The notes under the pieces: generated by a model
Databases searched by the model: none
What the model saw: only the letters and a program-made list of their open reading frames with translations
Told to the model about the DNA's origin: nothing
Part shown: positions 28,936 to 39,618 of the stretch, in pieces
Layout of the letters: every line of letters starts with the position of its first letter
Numbering within the stretch: position 1 is the stretch's first letter
Position numbers and translations under genes: made by a program
Origin: Microcystaceae cyanobacterium
GTDB taxonomy: Bacteria > Cyanobacteriota > Cyanobacteriia > Cyanobacteriales > Microcystaceae
Direction: 5' to 3'
Assembly: GCA_041746575.1 (NCBI GenBank)
Contig: JBGTGT010000061.1
Coordinates: forward strand, 1-53,868
DNA: 53,868 nucleotides

Positions 28936-30897
28936 TTACAATTCATCTGCATAAAAACGATAAAATAAATAGTCATCTTTAAAAGCGTGTTGATCGGTAA
29001 CATGATGAATCATCTTTTTCTCAATTAAAATTTGTCCTAATTCAATTGCTTCTTCTCGTATTAACTGATAATTTTCAACCAGCCAATTCACTAATTCTCG
29101 TCCGACAAAACAAGTAGAATAGAGATTCAAACGATATCGCCGATCCTTAATTTCAATACCTTGCTTTCCTCTCATTTCTCTAATCAAATTTTCAAGTTCT
29201 AGATCAGAAAATTTATCATCCATATAACTAAAAATATTATCGTTTTCCGCTTCTTCGATAATTGCCATTTCTTCGGATAAAGAGGTTGCATCTTTGCTAG
29301 AAGAATTGAGGGTAATTCCTTGTTGTTGAAGCCAAGCTTGAGTTAACTGTTCGAGTTGAGGAGAGCGAATATTAACGTCTCGTTGAGTAAAAGGAATGTC
29401 GATCTGATAATGACGTAGGCTAGCTTCAATCCGATAGTTGAGTTCGCTTTTAATTTTAAACTGTTTAGCAGGTTCAGTAATCCACACTAAAACCTCAAAG
29501 TTGAGGGAACTATCTCCAAACGATTCAAACCAAATTTCCGGTCGAGGAGTTAGCATAACATCAGGATGACGCTTAACGGCTTCTAATAACGCTGAGCGAA
29601 CTTTACGAATCGGAGAACGATAGGCAACCCCAATGGGAATTCGCAACCGAGAAATGGGATCATCATAATTCCAGTTAATAACATCATTCTCTAAAAAATG
29701 AGAATTAGGAATAATAATTGAAACATGGTCTAAAGTGCGAATCACCGTACTTCGTGAGCCAATTCGTTGTACTTTTCCCACTAAGTCTCCTACTTTAATT
29801 AAATCTCCCACTTGAATAGGTCCTTCGAGGGCAATGACAATACCACTGAGAAAATTATTAGCAATATTTTGTAGACCAAAGCCAATACCTACCCCTAAAA
29901 CACTCGCGAAAATGGCTAAAGAACTAACATCAAATCCCCAAATTTGCCAGAGAATAATTAAGCTAATAAAGGTTAAAATATATTGACCAAATGTCGTAAT
30001 AATATCCTGTAATCCTTTATTAATTCCTGACTGTTTAAGAATGTATTGCTTAAATAATAAGGTTAAACAGCGAATCAAAAACCACAAGCCGATCGTTAAG
30101 ATCAACAGCCATAATAAATCTAATGTAGAATATTGACTATTGCCTAATTTTATAATATTGTCATCTAAAGCTTTGTAAACTTGATATTGCCAACTTCGGG
30201 CAAGGGGAAAGTGAAAAGTAATATAAAATAAAATTAAAATCCAAGCGATCGCTTGTAGAGAGAAAACAAGAAAATACCAAACAATTTTTACAGGGGTTTC
30301 TAAGTTATATATAGGCAAATCAGGATTTTGCAACAATCGCTTAATTTTCCCAGTCCAGATTTTAGCAAGCCAACCCATAATCAGGTTAAAAGTTAGTGCC
30401 AAAATAATAGCAATTCCCAACCCCAATAAATGACGCTGTCTATAAGCAGGCGTCCGTTCCTTCAGACCTCGTATCAGAGCATTTTGTAAAATATTCCTCC
30501 AAATTTGAGCTTGCTCATGAATGCTGGTTCCTGAAATAATATCGGCTTGAGTGACAGTAAGAATCAGCTTTTCATCAGTAGTATTGCGAATTATAGTTTG
30601 TTTATTTTCTAATAAAACTCGAAGTTCGGGAAATTGGGAGAAATTGATAATATCAGCAAGGGTTTGATTAATAATTTCGGCTCTTTGTATTGCTGTAAAG
30701 TGATTCACTTTACCGACTTTAAATAAAATATTTCCATCTACAACAATCGGTGCTTTTTCGATAATATTGCCTGAATCTATTTGAGCAATACTAAGCGAAG
30801 GCACTCCAATCATTAAAGACATAATGCCAGCAATAATCGTCAATTTTATCGTTCTAAAAAATGGCATTTTAAATTCACTTAATTTAAAAGATAGCAA
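28936..30897 (-). CDS. MscS-family mechanosensitive channel with C-terminal DEP domain
   Basis: GVGIGFGLQNIANNF.SG, VGD.I, IPNS and FGDSSLNF motifs; C-terminal IKDRRY...CFVG.ELVNWL..HHV..F.D..LFYRF. Start may be 30867. Confidence 0.9.
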   Translation of the reverse strand: MLSFKLSEFKMPFFRTIKLTIIAGIMSLMIGVPSLSIAQIDSGNIIEKAPIVVDGNILFKVGKVNHFTAIQRAEIINQTLADIINFSQFPELRVLLENKQTIIRNTTDEKLILTVTQADIISGTSIHEQAQIWRNILQNALIRGLKERTPAYRQRHLLGLGIAIILALTFNLIMGWLAKIWTGKIKRLLQNPDLPIYNLETPVKIVWYFLVFSLQAIAWILILFYITFHFPLARSWQYQVYKALDDNIIKLGNSQYSTLDLLWLLILTIGLWFLIRCLTLLFKQYILKQSGINKGLQDIITTFGQYILTFISLIILWQIWGFDVSSLAIFASVLGVGIGFGLQNIANNFLSGIVIALEGPIQVGDLIKVGDLVGKVQRIGSRSTVIRTLDHVSIIIPNSHFLENDVINWNYDDPISRLRIPIGVAYRSPIRKVRSALLEAVKRHPDVMLTPRPEIWFESFGDSSLNFEVLVWITEPAKQFKIKSELNYRIEASLRHYQIDIPFTQRDVNIRSPQLEQLTQAWLQQQGITLNSSSKDATSLSEEMAIIEEAENDNIFSYMDDKFSDLELENLIREMRGKQGIEIKDRRYRLNLYSTCFVGRELVNWLVENYQLIREEAIELGQILIEKKMIHHVTDQHAFKDDYLFYRFYADEL

Positions 30898-30932
30898 ATC
30901 TCCTTTCTCCGGGAAGAAATTTCTATTAGGAT

Positions 30933-30966
30933 AAAAAAAAGTAGAAGGTGGGCATTCCCCACCCTC
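30933..30966 (-). terminator. intrinsic terminator after the GH63 gene
   Basis: GGTGGG/CCCACC stem followed by T8 on the minus strand. Confidence 0.65.
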
Positions 30967-30972
30967 AATAAT

Positions 30973-33606
30973 TTACCAATCTTGTATTAATTTGGCAACT
31001 AATCCCGTCCAACCTGTTTGATGACTAGCACCAATGCCGGCGCCGTTGTCGCCATGAAAATATTCATGAAAGAGTAAATAATTTCGCCAATAAACATCTT
31101 CCTGAAATTTAACTATTCCGCCATAAACAGGACGATAACCAGAACTATCCTGAAGAAAAATATTAATCAAACGTTGAGAGAGCTTTTGAGAAACATCTGC
31201 TAGGGTTATATATTGATTTGAACCCGTTGGAAATTCCACCTTAAACTCATCCCCAAGGTATTGATAAAATTTACTTAACGACTCAATCAAAAGATAATTA
31301 ACAGGTAGCCAAATCGGTCCACGCCAATTAGAATTTCCTCCAAATAGAGAGGTTTTTGACTCAGCCGGTTGATAATCAACTTGATAGTTTTGACCTCCCA
31401 AATCAATGATGTAGGGATTTTCTTCATGATACTTGGATAAAGCTCGAATACCATAATCGCTTAAAAATTCGTTAGGAGATAACATAAACGTTAAAAGGCG
31501 ACTCAATTTTTCTGGAATAACAATAGAAAGTAAGCGACGTTCTTCCATTCCCGGCGTTTGCAAACAAGCAATATTTTCGGTTAAATCAGGACGATTTTTA
31601 ATAAACCATTCTAATCGTTGTTTAAAACCGGGTAAAGCATTGATCATTTCCGGTTCGATTACCTCAATCGCAAATAAGGGAATTAATCCCACCATTGAAC
31701 GAACTTTAAGGCGAATTTGTTCCCCATTTGGCAGATGCAAAACATCATAGAAAAATCCGTCTTCCGCATCCCAAAGTTCTGTGCCAATTCCCCCTACATT
31801 ATTCATCGCCGCCGCGATATAGAGAAAATGCTCAAAAAACTTAGTGGCAATATCTTCATAAACTGGATTTTCCTGCGCTAATTCTAAAGCAATTCTCAAT
31901 AAATTAAGACAATACATTGCCATCCAACTTGTGCCATCAGATTGTTCTAAATATCCTCCCGTGGGTAAGGCCGAACTTCGATCAAATACCCCTATATTAT
32001 CTAGCCCCAAAAACCCGCCTTGAAAGATGTTTTTTCCTTCTGTATCTTTGCGGTTAACCCACCAAGTAAAATAGAGCAGTAATTTTTGAAAAACGCGCTC
32101 TAGAAATTGATGATCTTTGCGTCCATATTGCTGATATTCTAGTTGATAAACGTTCCAAGCAGCCCAAGCATGAACAGGGGGATTGACATCACTAAAATTC
32201 CATTCATAAGCCGGCAATTGACCATTCGGGTGCATATACCATTCTCGGGTAATAATATCTAATTGATTTTTGGCAAATTCAGGATCAATTAAAGCCAAAA
32301 CGACTGTATGAAAGGCTAAATCCCAAGCGGCAAACCAAGGATATTCCCACTTATCTGGCATTGACAAAATTTCTTGTGTATCTAAATGAAACCACGCTGA
32401 ATTTCTGCCATATTTTCTATTAGCTGGAGGGGGTGGCATTCCTGGATCTCCCTTTAACCATTGGTTGATATAATAGCGATAATATTGCTTACTCCATAAC
32501 ATTCCTGCGAAGGCTTGGCGTTGAATATTGCGGTACTCGTCAGGCAAATTAGTAGAGGTAATAGTTTGGTAAAATTCATTGGCTTCAGCAACACGCGTTT
32601 GTAAAATGGGTTCAAAGTCTAGAAAGGGTTGATCTTGATGCTTAGAACATAACCGTAATTGGATGGATTGGGTTTCTCCTGCCCCCAAAGTTAAAATATA
32701 ATGAGGAGAAGCTCTGGTGCCAACTTGGTCTGGGTTGACGACATTTATCTCACCATTAACTACATAATTATTGATTCCATCTTTGACGTAAGGGGATGGA
32801 TTATCGGTCTCAAATAACCGTTGAAAATTGGTTTCATTTTCCGTAAAGAGAAGATTGGGAGAATTCGAGCAATAGAGAAAATAGTCTTTTAGATTAGGGT
32901 GAGATGCCTGAATAATACAGTTATCCTTATCGGTTGAAATGGCTTTGAGACTGGGCTTTTGAACAGGATAACCCCATGACCAAGTATTGCGAAACCAAAG
33001 CGTCGGCAATAGATGAAGGGTTGCGCTTTCATTACCTCGATTACAGGCTGTAATTTTGATTAAAATATCTTTAGGAGATACTTTGGCATATTCGACAAAA
33101 ATATCATAATATTTATCCTCATTAAACACACCCGTATCAAGCAGTTCAAACTCCATTGCTTCTTTGCCACGGCGTTGATTTTCTTCAACCAACCAAGTAT
33201 AAGGATACTCTGCTTGAGGGTATTTATAGAGCATTTTCATGTAAGAATGAGTCGGGGTATTATCGAGGTAAAAATAATATTCCTTGACATCTTCTCCATG
33301 ATTGCCTTGATTGCCTGTTAAGCCAAACATTCTTTCTTTAAGAATCGAATCTTTTCCGTTCCATAGTGCCAAAGAAAAACACAACCGTTGCTGATCATCT
33401 GAGATGCCGGCGATGCCATCTTCTCCCCAACGGTAGGCGCGAGAACGTGCTTGATCATGAGAAAAATACTCCCATGCAGTGCCATTTTCACTATAATCTT
33501 CTCGTACTGTTCCCCACTGTCTTTCACTGAGATAACATCCCCATTTTTTCCAAGGCTTTTGAGATGTACGGTGTTCTTCAAGGCGAATTTGTTCGGGTGA
33601 TTTCAT
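30973..33606 (-). CDS. MGH1/GH63-like glycoside hydrolase
   Basis: [39 protein letters not shown] and GASHQTGWT motifs. ATG 33606 has an AGGAG RBS. Confidence 0.92.
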   Translation of the reverse strand: MKSPEQIRLEEHRTSQKPWKKWGCYLSERQWGTVREDYSENGTAWEYFSHDQARSRAYRWGEDGIAGISDDQQRLCFSLALWNGKDSILKERMFGLTGNQGNHGEDVKEYYFYLDNTPTHSYMKMLYKYPQAEYPYTWLVEENQRRGKEAMEFELLDTGVFNEDKYYDIFVEYAKVSPKDILIKITACNRGNESATLHLLPTLWFRNTWSWGYPVQKPSLKAISTDKDNCIIQASHPNLKDYFLYCSNSPNLLFTENETNFQRLFETDNPSPYVKDGINNYVVNGEINVVNPDQVGTRASPHYILTLGAGETQSIQLRLCSKHQDQPFLDFEPILQTRVAEANEFYQTITSTNLPDEYRNIQRQAFAGMLWSKQYYRYYINQWLKGDPGMPPPPANRKYGRNSAWFHLDTQEILSMPDKWEYPWFAAWDLAFHTVVLALIDPEFAKNQLDIITREWYMHPNGQLPAYEWNFSDVNPPVHAWAAWNVYQLEYQQYGRKDHQFLERVFQKLLLYFTWWVNRKDTEGKNIFQGGFLGLDNIGVFDRSSALPTGGYLEQSDGTSWMAMYCLNLLRIALELAQENPVYEDIATKFFEHFLYIAAAMNNVGGIGTELWDAEDGFFYDVLHLPNGEQIRLKVRSMVGLIPLFAIEVIEPEMINALPGFKQRLEWFIKNRPDLTENIACLQTPGMEERRLLSIVIPEKLSRLLTFMLSPNEFLSDYGIRALSKYHEENPYIIDLGGQNYQVDYQPAESKTSLFGGNSNWRGPIWLPVNYLLIESLSKFYQYLGDEFKVEFPTGSNQYITLADVSQKLSQRLINIFLQDSSGYRPVYGGIVKFQEDVYWRNYLLFHEYFHGDNGAGIGASHQTGWTGLVAKLIQDW

Positions 33607-33622
33607 GAGTTTAGTCTCCTGT

Positions 33623-34726
33623 TTATTTTTCAATAAAACGAATAACATGACCATCGGGATCTTTGAGCAAAAATGCTTTTTTAAATCCGATTTTAGTATC
33701 AGAAAATGTGACAACTTTGGGAGAAATCAGATAAGTAGCCGGATTTTTTTGTAATGCTTGATAAGCAATGTCAGTATTATCAATCCTAACAGTGGTTTGC
33801 CAAAAGGATAGATCATGGGGTTTCGGGTGAGAGAAATTTTGAAATTTTCGAGGGGGATATTGATAATCTAGAAATTCTAGACTAGGGACAGGTTTAGGAG
33901 GAGTCATTCCAGTAATTAAAACTCGCACGTTAGGCAAATTATCTAATTTTTCTTGAGTCACTCCTTGATTGATTCCTTGTCCTAAGATTTTCATTCCTAA
34001 TATTTTTTCGTAAAAAGATAAACTTTGATTTGTACTACTAATACTAATAGCGGTATGATCAATTCCCAAAAAAAGTTGCTCAGTCGGTTGATGCCATATA
34101 ACTTTACCTTTATCAGGAGGAAAAGATAGTAATTCTAAAGGGTGTCCGTCGGGATCTTTAAATTTATAAGCTTTAATGCCGGCGGCGGCTTTATTTTCAA
34201 TCGGAATTATTTGCGGTTCGGATGAAATAGATTGAAGGTTAAATGGACGCAGATGATCATAGGCTTTATCCATATCTTTTACAACAATCGCAATATGCTG
34301 AAAAGAAAGATCATTGCTGTTAGAAGAAATAGGAGTAAGATGACCTTTTGGCGTCAAATATTCAGTTAATTCTAAGATTTGATCTCCTAGTTGTAATTGA
34401 GCAATTTTTACTTGAGAATTAGGAACTCCTGTTAAAGTATCAAATTCCGAACTGGATAATTCAAGTTCCGATATTTTCTGAAAGTCTAACGCTTGGGTAA
34501 AAAAATTAATCGAATCATCTAAGTTGGAAACCGTAAAGCCAATTCTTTCAATTTCTTTAACCGCAATTAATTGATTATCTGAGACATCCTGAGTTAATGT
34601 TTGAGATATTGCAGGTAAAAAGAAGGGAGGCTTACTTAATAAGCTCTCTGATAATAACCCATGATTGGTTGTTACCCATCCTGCTGTTAGGAAAAAAAGG
34701 ATTATAAGGTGAGTAAATCGTTTCAT
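33623..34726 (-). CDS. VOC/glyoxalase family protein (two VOC domains), exported-type N-terminus
   Basis: [24 protein letters not shown] and KDPDGH motifs. Confidence 0.88.
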   Translation of the reverse strand: MKRFTHLIILFFLTAGWVTTNHGLLSESLLSKPPFFLPAISQTLTQDVSDNQLIAVKEIERIGFTVSNLDDSINFFTQALDFQKISELELSSSEFDTLTGVPNSQVKIAQLQLGDQILELTEYLTPKGHLTPISSNSNDLSFQHIAIVVKDMDKAYDHLRPFNLQSISSEPQIIPIENKAAAGIKAYKFKDPDGHPLELLSFPPDKGKVIWHQPTEQLFLGIDHTAISISSTNQSLSFYEKILGMKILGQGINQGVTQEKLDNLPNVRVLITGMTPPKPVPSLEFLDYQYPPRKFQNFSHPKPHDLSFWQTTVRIDNTDIAYQALQKNPATYLISPKVVTFSDTKIGFKKAFLLKDPDGHVIRFIEK

Positions 34727-34732
34727 TTTCCT

Positions 34733-36319
34733 TTATTTAGACTCCCATTTCTCCAATAAATGATCTCCAACTCTTAACGCATTTGCCATAATCGTTAAAG
34801 TGGGATTAACCGCCGCACTTGACGGAAAAAAACTGCCATCCACGACATATAAATTCTCGACTTCGTGGGTGCGACAATTCGTATCTAAGACCGACGTTTG
34901 AGGGTTATTGCCAAAGCGACAAGTGCCGCATTGATGTCCGACTACTTGCAACGGCATTTTATTGCGAGGGTAAATATTTAACGGGAAAATGTGTTCTGCC
35001 TTATCTATTTTTTTGAGAATTTCTGTCCAACGATTGACCAAGCGATCGCCGGCTTCGCTATTATTAGGAGTATAAGTCAGGGTCAATCGGTCATCTTGCA
35101 CTTGCACTCGGTTGTCAGGATGGGGTAAGTCTTCGGTTTGAAACCACCAGCCTGTGGCGTGTTGTGCTGCAATCTGGTAGATAGGATTTAAGCTAATATG
35201 GGTTTTCGCGCTCAACTTGAGCATGGATGACAGAAAAGGAGGAGCTTCAGCCGGAATCATCTCAGGGAGAACATTTCCTGTATTTTGAATAAATCCCATC
35301 GGATAGGGAAAATTCGCTTCCCCCCAATAAAAGTCGCTGATTGCAATAGTTTTTTGATAAATTGAGGGATTCGGTTGACGACTCAACGCCACCATCGCTG
35401 AGGTTAAATGTTTCATGAAATTTCTTCCTACTTGGTTAGACCCATTTGCTAATCCACGAGGATGCTTGTCATTTATAGAACGTAAGAGTAAAGCCGCAGA
35501 ATTAACCGCACCACAGCAAACAGCTACAATATTTCCTTTAAATTGCTTTATTGCGCCCTCTATAATTACTTCAACCGCCGTTACCTCCCGTCCTGATTCA
35601 CTGGTTTGCAACCTTAATACTTTTGCACCGGTTTGTAGTGTAACATTAGGATACCTTAAAGAAGGACGTACACCATTTACATCCGCATCCGCTTTCCCTC
35701 CTACCAAGCAGGGAAACCCGTCACAGCTATTACACCGAATACAATTCCACTTCTCTAGGTCAATTTCATTAAGTTTTAAGCCTAATGGTAAATTAAAGGG
35801 ATTCAATCCTTGTTTTTTCAAATCATTCACCATTTTCTGCATGGTGAGTTCATGATTCACCGCAGGATAGGGATAAGCTTCACTGTGAGGCGGTTCGGTG
35901 GGATCAGTATCTAAAGCACCATGAACATCATACAGTTTTTCCGCTTGGGTATAATAGGGTTCAAAATCTGCATATTTGAGCGGCCATTCAGGAGAAATTC
36001 CATCTTTATGGGGCGTTTGCTCAAAATCTTGCTCTCGGAAGCGTAATAACGCCGCACCATAAACTTTCGTATTTCCTCCTACCCAATAGTTCATCTGAGG
36101 ACGAAAGGCTTTCCCTTGTTGATTATACCAATTTTCAGTAGTATGGTAACGTTCTTTGCCATAAACTTCAGCCGCATTCCAATTTTCTTTTTCTCTCGGC
36201 AAAAATATACCTCTTTCTAAGACTAAAATAGATTTACCACTGGGTGCGAGTCTATGTAACAGAGTACCGCCGCCAGCACCTGTACCAATGATAATAATGT
36301 CGTAATGATTCGTCATCAT
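34733..36319 (-). CDS. GMC family oxidoreductase
   Basis: GTGAGG, VGGNTKVYGA, CIRCNSCDGFPC, HQCGTCRFG and NPTLTIMANA motifs. Confidence 0.93.
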   Translation of the reverse strand: MMTNHYDIIIIGTGAGGGTLLHRLAPSGKSILVLERGIFLPREKENWNAAEVYGKERYHTTENWYNQQGKAFRPQMNYWVGGNTKVYGAALLRFREQDFEQTPHKDGISPEWPLKYADFEPYYTQAEKLYDVHGALDTDPTEPPHSEAYPYPAVNHELTMQKMVNDLKKQGLNPFNLPLGLKLNEIDLEKWNCIRCNSCDGFPCLVGGKADADVNGVRPSLRYPNVTLQTGAKVLRLQTSESGREVTAVEVIIEGAIKQFKGNIVAVCCGAVNSAALLLRSINDKHPRGLANGSNQVGRNFMKHLTSAMVALSRQPNPSIYQKTIAISDFYWGEANFPYPMGFIQNTGNVLPEMIPAEAPPFLSSMLKLSAKTHISLNPIYQIAAQHATGWWFQTEDLPHPDNRVQVQDDRLTLTYTPNNSEAGDRLVNRWTEILKKIDKAEHIFPLNIYPRNKMPLQVVGHQCGTCRFGNNPQTSVLDTNCRTHEVENLYVVDGSFFPSSAAVNPTLTIMANALRVGDHLLEKWESK

Positions 36320-36338
36320 GATAAGTTCTCCAAATAAC

Positions 36339-37121
36339 CTAATGAGATTGCAAAATTAAGCGAGCATTAAGGGGTTGAGTGGGACGAGCATTTTTAGCAA
36401 CAATTGATGTAAATTGCTCAAATTGTGCTAACGATAACTCAATTGGGTTTTTAAAAACCAACCAAGTAACCCCTTCAGAACAGGGAGGAGTGGTTAAAGA
36501 GCCAGTATATTGACAAATTTCTTGATTTTTTGGTAAAAGTTCTTGTGCATTAATAGTTACTTGTTCTATCGTCTTTTCTGTTTCGGACATTTTAGGAATG
36601 CTTTGCCAAATGGATTTCAGCACAGAATTTTCTAGACCAATCTGCAAAAAGACCGCTAATACTGCTAATAAACCTGATTTATCACGATGGACTAAGTGAA
36701 GCTCCATATCATAAGCTTTTCCGTTCATAAGATGTTCACTAGGAGCATGAAAATGAAATTGGAGGAGTTCAAATGTTTGATTTCTAAAGTGCATGACACT
36801 GCCTGAATCGTAATTCACTTGAACGGTGTGACCATTATTAATAATATGTAATGGACTGCTTTGATAATTGATAAAAATTTGGGGTAACTCAGCAATAATT
36901 GCGTCAGTTAAATTAACCGGAGATTGATTCTTTCCCATTGAACAAGCCTGAAATTGAGGGGATAAACTGCCCCATGTATCCGTTCCATTTTTGCCAATAT
37001 AACCCCAATTAATATTATCATTTTCAGCAAGGACAACTGACTTTAAACTTAAACTGAGCAGACTTCCTGTTGTTGCTAGCGTTAAGGTTTTCAGTAAATT
37101 TCTTCGGCTTAACTCGGACAT
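36339..37121 (-). CDS. ecaA: alpha-class carbonic anhydrase with Tat signal
   Basis: Tat motif SRRNLLK; QSPVN, NNGHT, FHFH..SEH, ELHLVH and GSLTTPPCSE motifs. Confidence 0.88.
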   Translation of the reverse strand: MSELSRRNLLKTLTLATTGSLLSLSLKSVVLAENDNINWGYIGKNGTDTWGSLSPQFQACSMGKNQSPVNLTDAIIAELPQIFINYQSSPLHIINNGHTVQVNYDSGSVMHFRNQTFELLQFHFHAPSEHLMNGKAYDMELHLVHRDKSGLLAVLAVFLQIGLENSVLKSIWQSIPKMSETEKTIEQVTINAQELLPKNQEICQYTGSLTTPPCSEGVTWLVFKNPIELSLAQFEQFTSIVAKNARPTQPLNARLILQSH

Positions 37122-37182
37122 AACTTTTTCCTCTTGTTAATCAAAAATGAAGATCAGTTTTGTAGGATAGGCAATCACCTAC

Positions 37183-38049
37183 TCACCTTATTTTTTTTGT
37201 TTGAGAATTGCTTAAAGCAGTTAACTTATTTTGCTCCAATAACCTATCTCGGCAAAAAATACAGTGAACTTTTCCATTGTATTTTCCCGTTACGCAAGGA
37301 TAATTTTTATCATGATATAACTTGCCACAGGAAACGTTTGGGATCGCTGTTAACCGTAAATAAACTTCGGCGGCGATGAACATTCCCAAGCAAGGCGCAA
37401 TTAGATAAATCCAAATCCCTGTCCAAATTCCTGAAGGAATCGCAGAAGCAATCGTTCGCGCTGGATTCATGCTAAACCCTGAATAAGGAGATTCAAAAAT
37501 AACATAACTTACCACCAAACACCCCACAAAAAAAGGGGTTAGAGGAGCGAGTTTGCGCTGATTACTGGTATATAAAACCATCACTACCATAATGAAAGCA
37601 ATGATAATTTCAGCAATAAAAGCAGAGACAATACCCCATTTTCCCGGAATAGTGACAATATAATTAACAGGGAAATCTGTAAAAGGTTCGCCAAGAATTA
37701 CTAACGTCACTAAAACGCCGATTATCCCGCCGATAAACTGAAAGATAATATAGAAAACTGCATCTATTAGTTGAATTTTTCCTAAACGATAAAATGTCAA
37801 TGTTACGGCTGGATTGAGATGCGCACCAGAGCGTTTTCCCCAGGGAGAGTAAATAATTCCCATTGCCGTTAAACCCATTGCTAATCCCATCAAAACCAAG
37901 CGAATGGATTGATGAGGAATCATTAAATAAACAGGAGATTGAGGATAAAAAAACAATGTAGCAAATCCTCCTGCCGATACCATAAACGTCCCCAATCCCC
38001 AAGCTTCAATCAGGTATTCGATCCTGTTGCTACGAAAAGCTTTAAGCAT
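37183..38049 (-). CDS. MIP/aquaporin with Cys/His-rich tail
   Basis: SGAHLNPAVT and SMNPART; tail CGKLYH..YPC..HCIFC. Confidence 0.92.
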   Translation of the reverse strand: MLKAFRSNRIEYLIEAWGLGTFMVSAGGFATLFFYPQSPVYLMIPHQSIRLVLMGLAMGLTAMGIIYSPWGKRSGAHLNPAVTLTFYRLGKIQLIDAVFYIIFQFIGGIIGVLVTLVILGEPFTDFPVNYIVTIPGKWGIVSAFIAEIIIAFIMVVMVLYTSNQRKLAPLTPFFVGCLVVSYVIFESPYSGFSMNPARTIASAIPSGIWTGIWIYLIAPCLGMFIAAEVYLRLTAIPNVSCGKLYHDKNYPCVTGKYNGKVHCIFCRDRLLEQNKLTALSNSQTKKIR

Positions 38050-38087
38050 TGTTTTAACCTCCCATAACTGATAACAAATTACAAATT

Positions 38088-38792
38088 TTATGCCTTTCCA
38101 TAAACAGGAATCGCCGCACCTCGAATATCTTTGGCGTCATCCGATGCTAGAAAACAAATCACGTTTGCTAACGATTCGGGGGTTATCCATTGCCAACTAT
38201 TTTCAGTTGTTATCGCTGTACGATTTTTCAGTGTATCAATCACACTCGGTAAGACACAATTTGCCGTAATATCTGTATCTTTTTCTAATGTTTCTTGGGC
38301 AATTGAACCGACTAATGAGAGTAATCCTGCTTTAGACGCACAATAAGCAGATATTTGAGCCGCTGGTTGAACGGCACCCCGTGAACCCACAAATACCATG
38401 CGTCCATAACCATTTTCTCGCATTTTCTTGAGACAATGTTTTCCTAATAAGAAAGCATTATTAAGATTAGAATCTAGCATTTTTTGCCAATCTGCCAAAC
38501 TCAATTCCTCAATTTTTCCCATCGCAAATCCTCCTACTAAATGAATTAAATTGTCAATTCTTTCCATGCCATTGACTAAAGAAATAACTGCCGATTCATC
38601 ATTCAAATCCGCCGCAATAAAGTTGATACGAGCGATTTGTTCAGGTGATAATTCTGATTTTAATTCCTCTACGCTACTCGTAGAGCGATAAGGAAGTGTG
38701 ATACTTTTTACGCCAGAATTAAGAAACATTTTGGTAACCGCCGTCCCTAACCCTCCTGTGCCACCAGTGAGTAATACGATTTTGTCTTTCAT
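38088..38792 (-). CDS. short-chain dehydrogenase/reductase
   Basis: TGGTGGLG, VGS, YCASK and N.V.PSVIDT motifs. Confidence 0.92.
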   Translation of the reverse strand: MKDKIVLLTGGTGGLGTAVTKMFLNSGVKSITLPYRSTSSVEELKSELSPEQIARINFIAADLNDESAVISLVNGMERIDNLIHLVGGFAMGKIEELSLADWQKMLDSNLNNAFLLGKHCLKKMRENGYGRMVFVGSRGAVQPAAQISAYCASKAGLLSLVGSIAQETLEKDTDITANCVLPSVIDTLKNRTAITTENSWQWITPESLANVICFLASDDAKDIRGAAIPVYGKA

Positions 38793-38896
38793 ATTGAAAA
38801 TTCCTTAATTAATAGAATACCTTTAGCCTCAAAGAGCTTCACCGGCTTTAGTGAATTTACATTTATTATTAGACAACTCAAAGTGTTTGAGGAAAA

Positions 38897-38924
38897 AGAT
38901 AGTGAAGTTAAGGGAGAAGTTAGA
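38897..38924 (-). promoter_or_regulatory. 28-bp shared promoter motif, copy 3
   Basis: + strand AGATAG tgaa GTTAAG GGAGAA GTTAGA, 105 bp upstream of ATG 38792. Confidence 0.75.
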
Positions 38925-39023
38925 CAATAGTTAGATTCAGTCAGAAGTTTTTAAGGAAATGTTAGTTTTTCTTAAACAATGGACATACTAGAAATATCGT
39001 TAACGAGAAAGTAGAGTGAGAAG

Positions 39024-39602
39024 ATGACTGAGACAAACTCACCAACATTTATAGAAGTCAATGGGGTACGGTTTGAAACCCTTGTCCCTCAACCCCTTAT
39101 TAAAATTCCAGCGTATGGAGAAACAACATCTGTTCCTTTAGAAGTTCGGATTACTAATGTTTCTGATGTTCCTTATCGATTTGATTTACGGTCATTTTAT
39201 CCCCAATTACTAGATCCTCAAGGAAGATTAATCGGCAGTGGACTTAATCAGAATTCTAGCACTTTGATACAAGATGAAGAAATTCCTTTAATCATGCCTC
39301 AGAATGAGGTTAAACTTTACTTAGAGATGGATTTAATTTGGTATGATCCGAATTTACTAAGATTAATCAAAGCAATCTATGGGGGTTCATTAAAGTTTTA
39401 TTCTCCTATTGTTGATACTTTATACGGAGAAGTTAACATATATCCTGAAACCTATCGCATTTGCTTTAAATATGTAAATCAATTAACGGACAGGCAAATG
39501 TTTTTGTTTTCGGCAGGAAGAACTCAAGTCAATGATTTTTGGATAGGAGAAGTTTATACACCTTTTTCTTTTATTGAGTTTCAAGTTTTTTCTAATCCTT
39601 AA
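39024..39602 (+). CDS. hypothetical beta-rich protein, partner of the PEP-CTERM gene
   Basis: 192-aa ORF; EVNGVRFET..VRITN..FW.GEV.TPF pattern. Confidence 0.75.
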   Translation: MTETNSPTFIEVNGVRFETLVPQPLIKIPAYGETTSVPLEVRITNVSDVPYRFDLRSFYPQLLDPQGRLIGSGLNQNSSTLIQDEEIPLIMPQNEVKLYLEMDLIWYDPNLLRLIKAIYGGSLKFYSPIVDTLYGEVNIYPETYRICFKYVNQLTDRQMFLFSAGRTQVNDFWIGEVYTPFSFIEFQVFSNP

Positions 39603-39618
39603 AAAAGAGCATTTCAAA

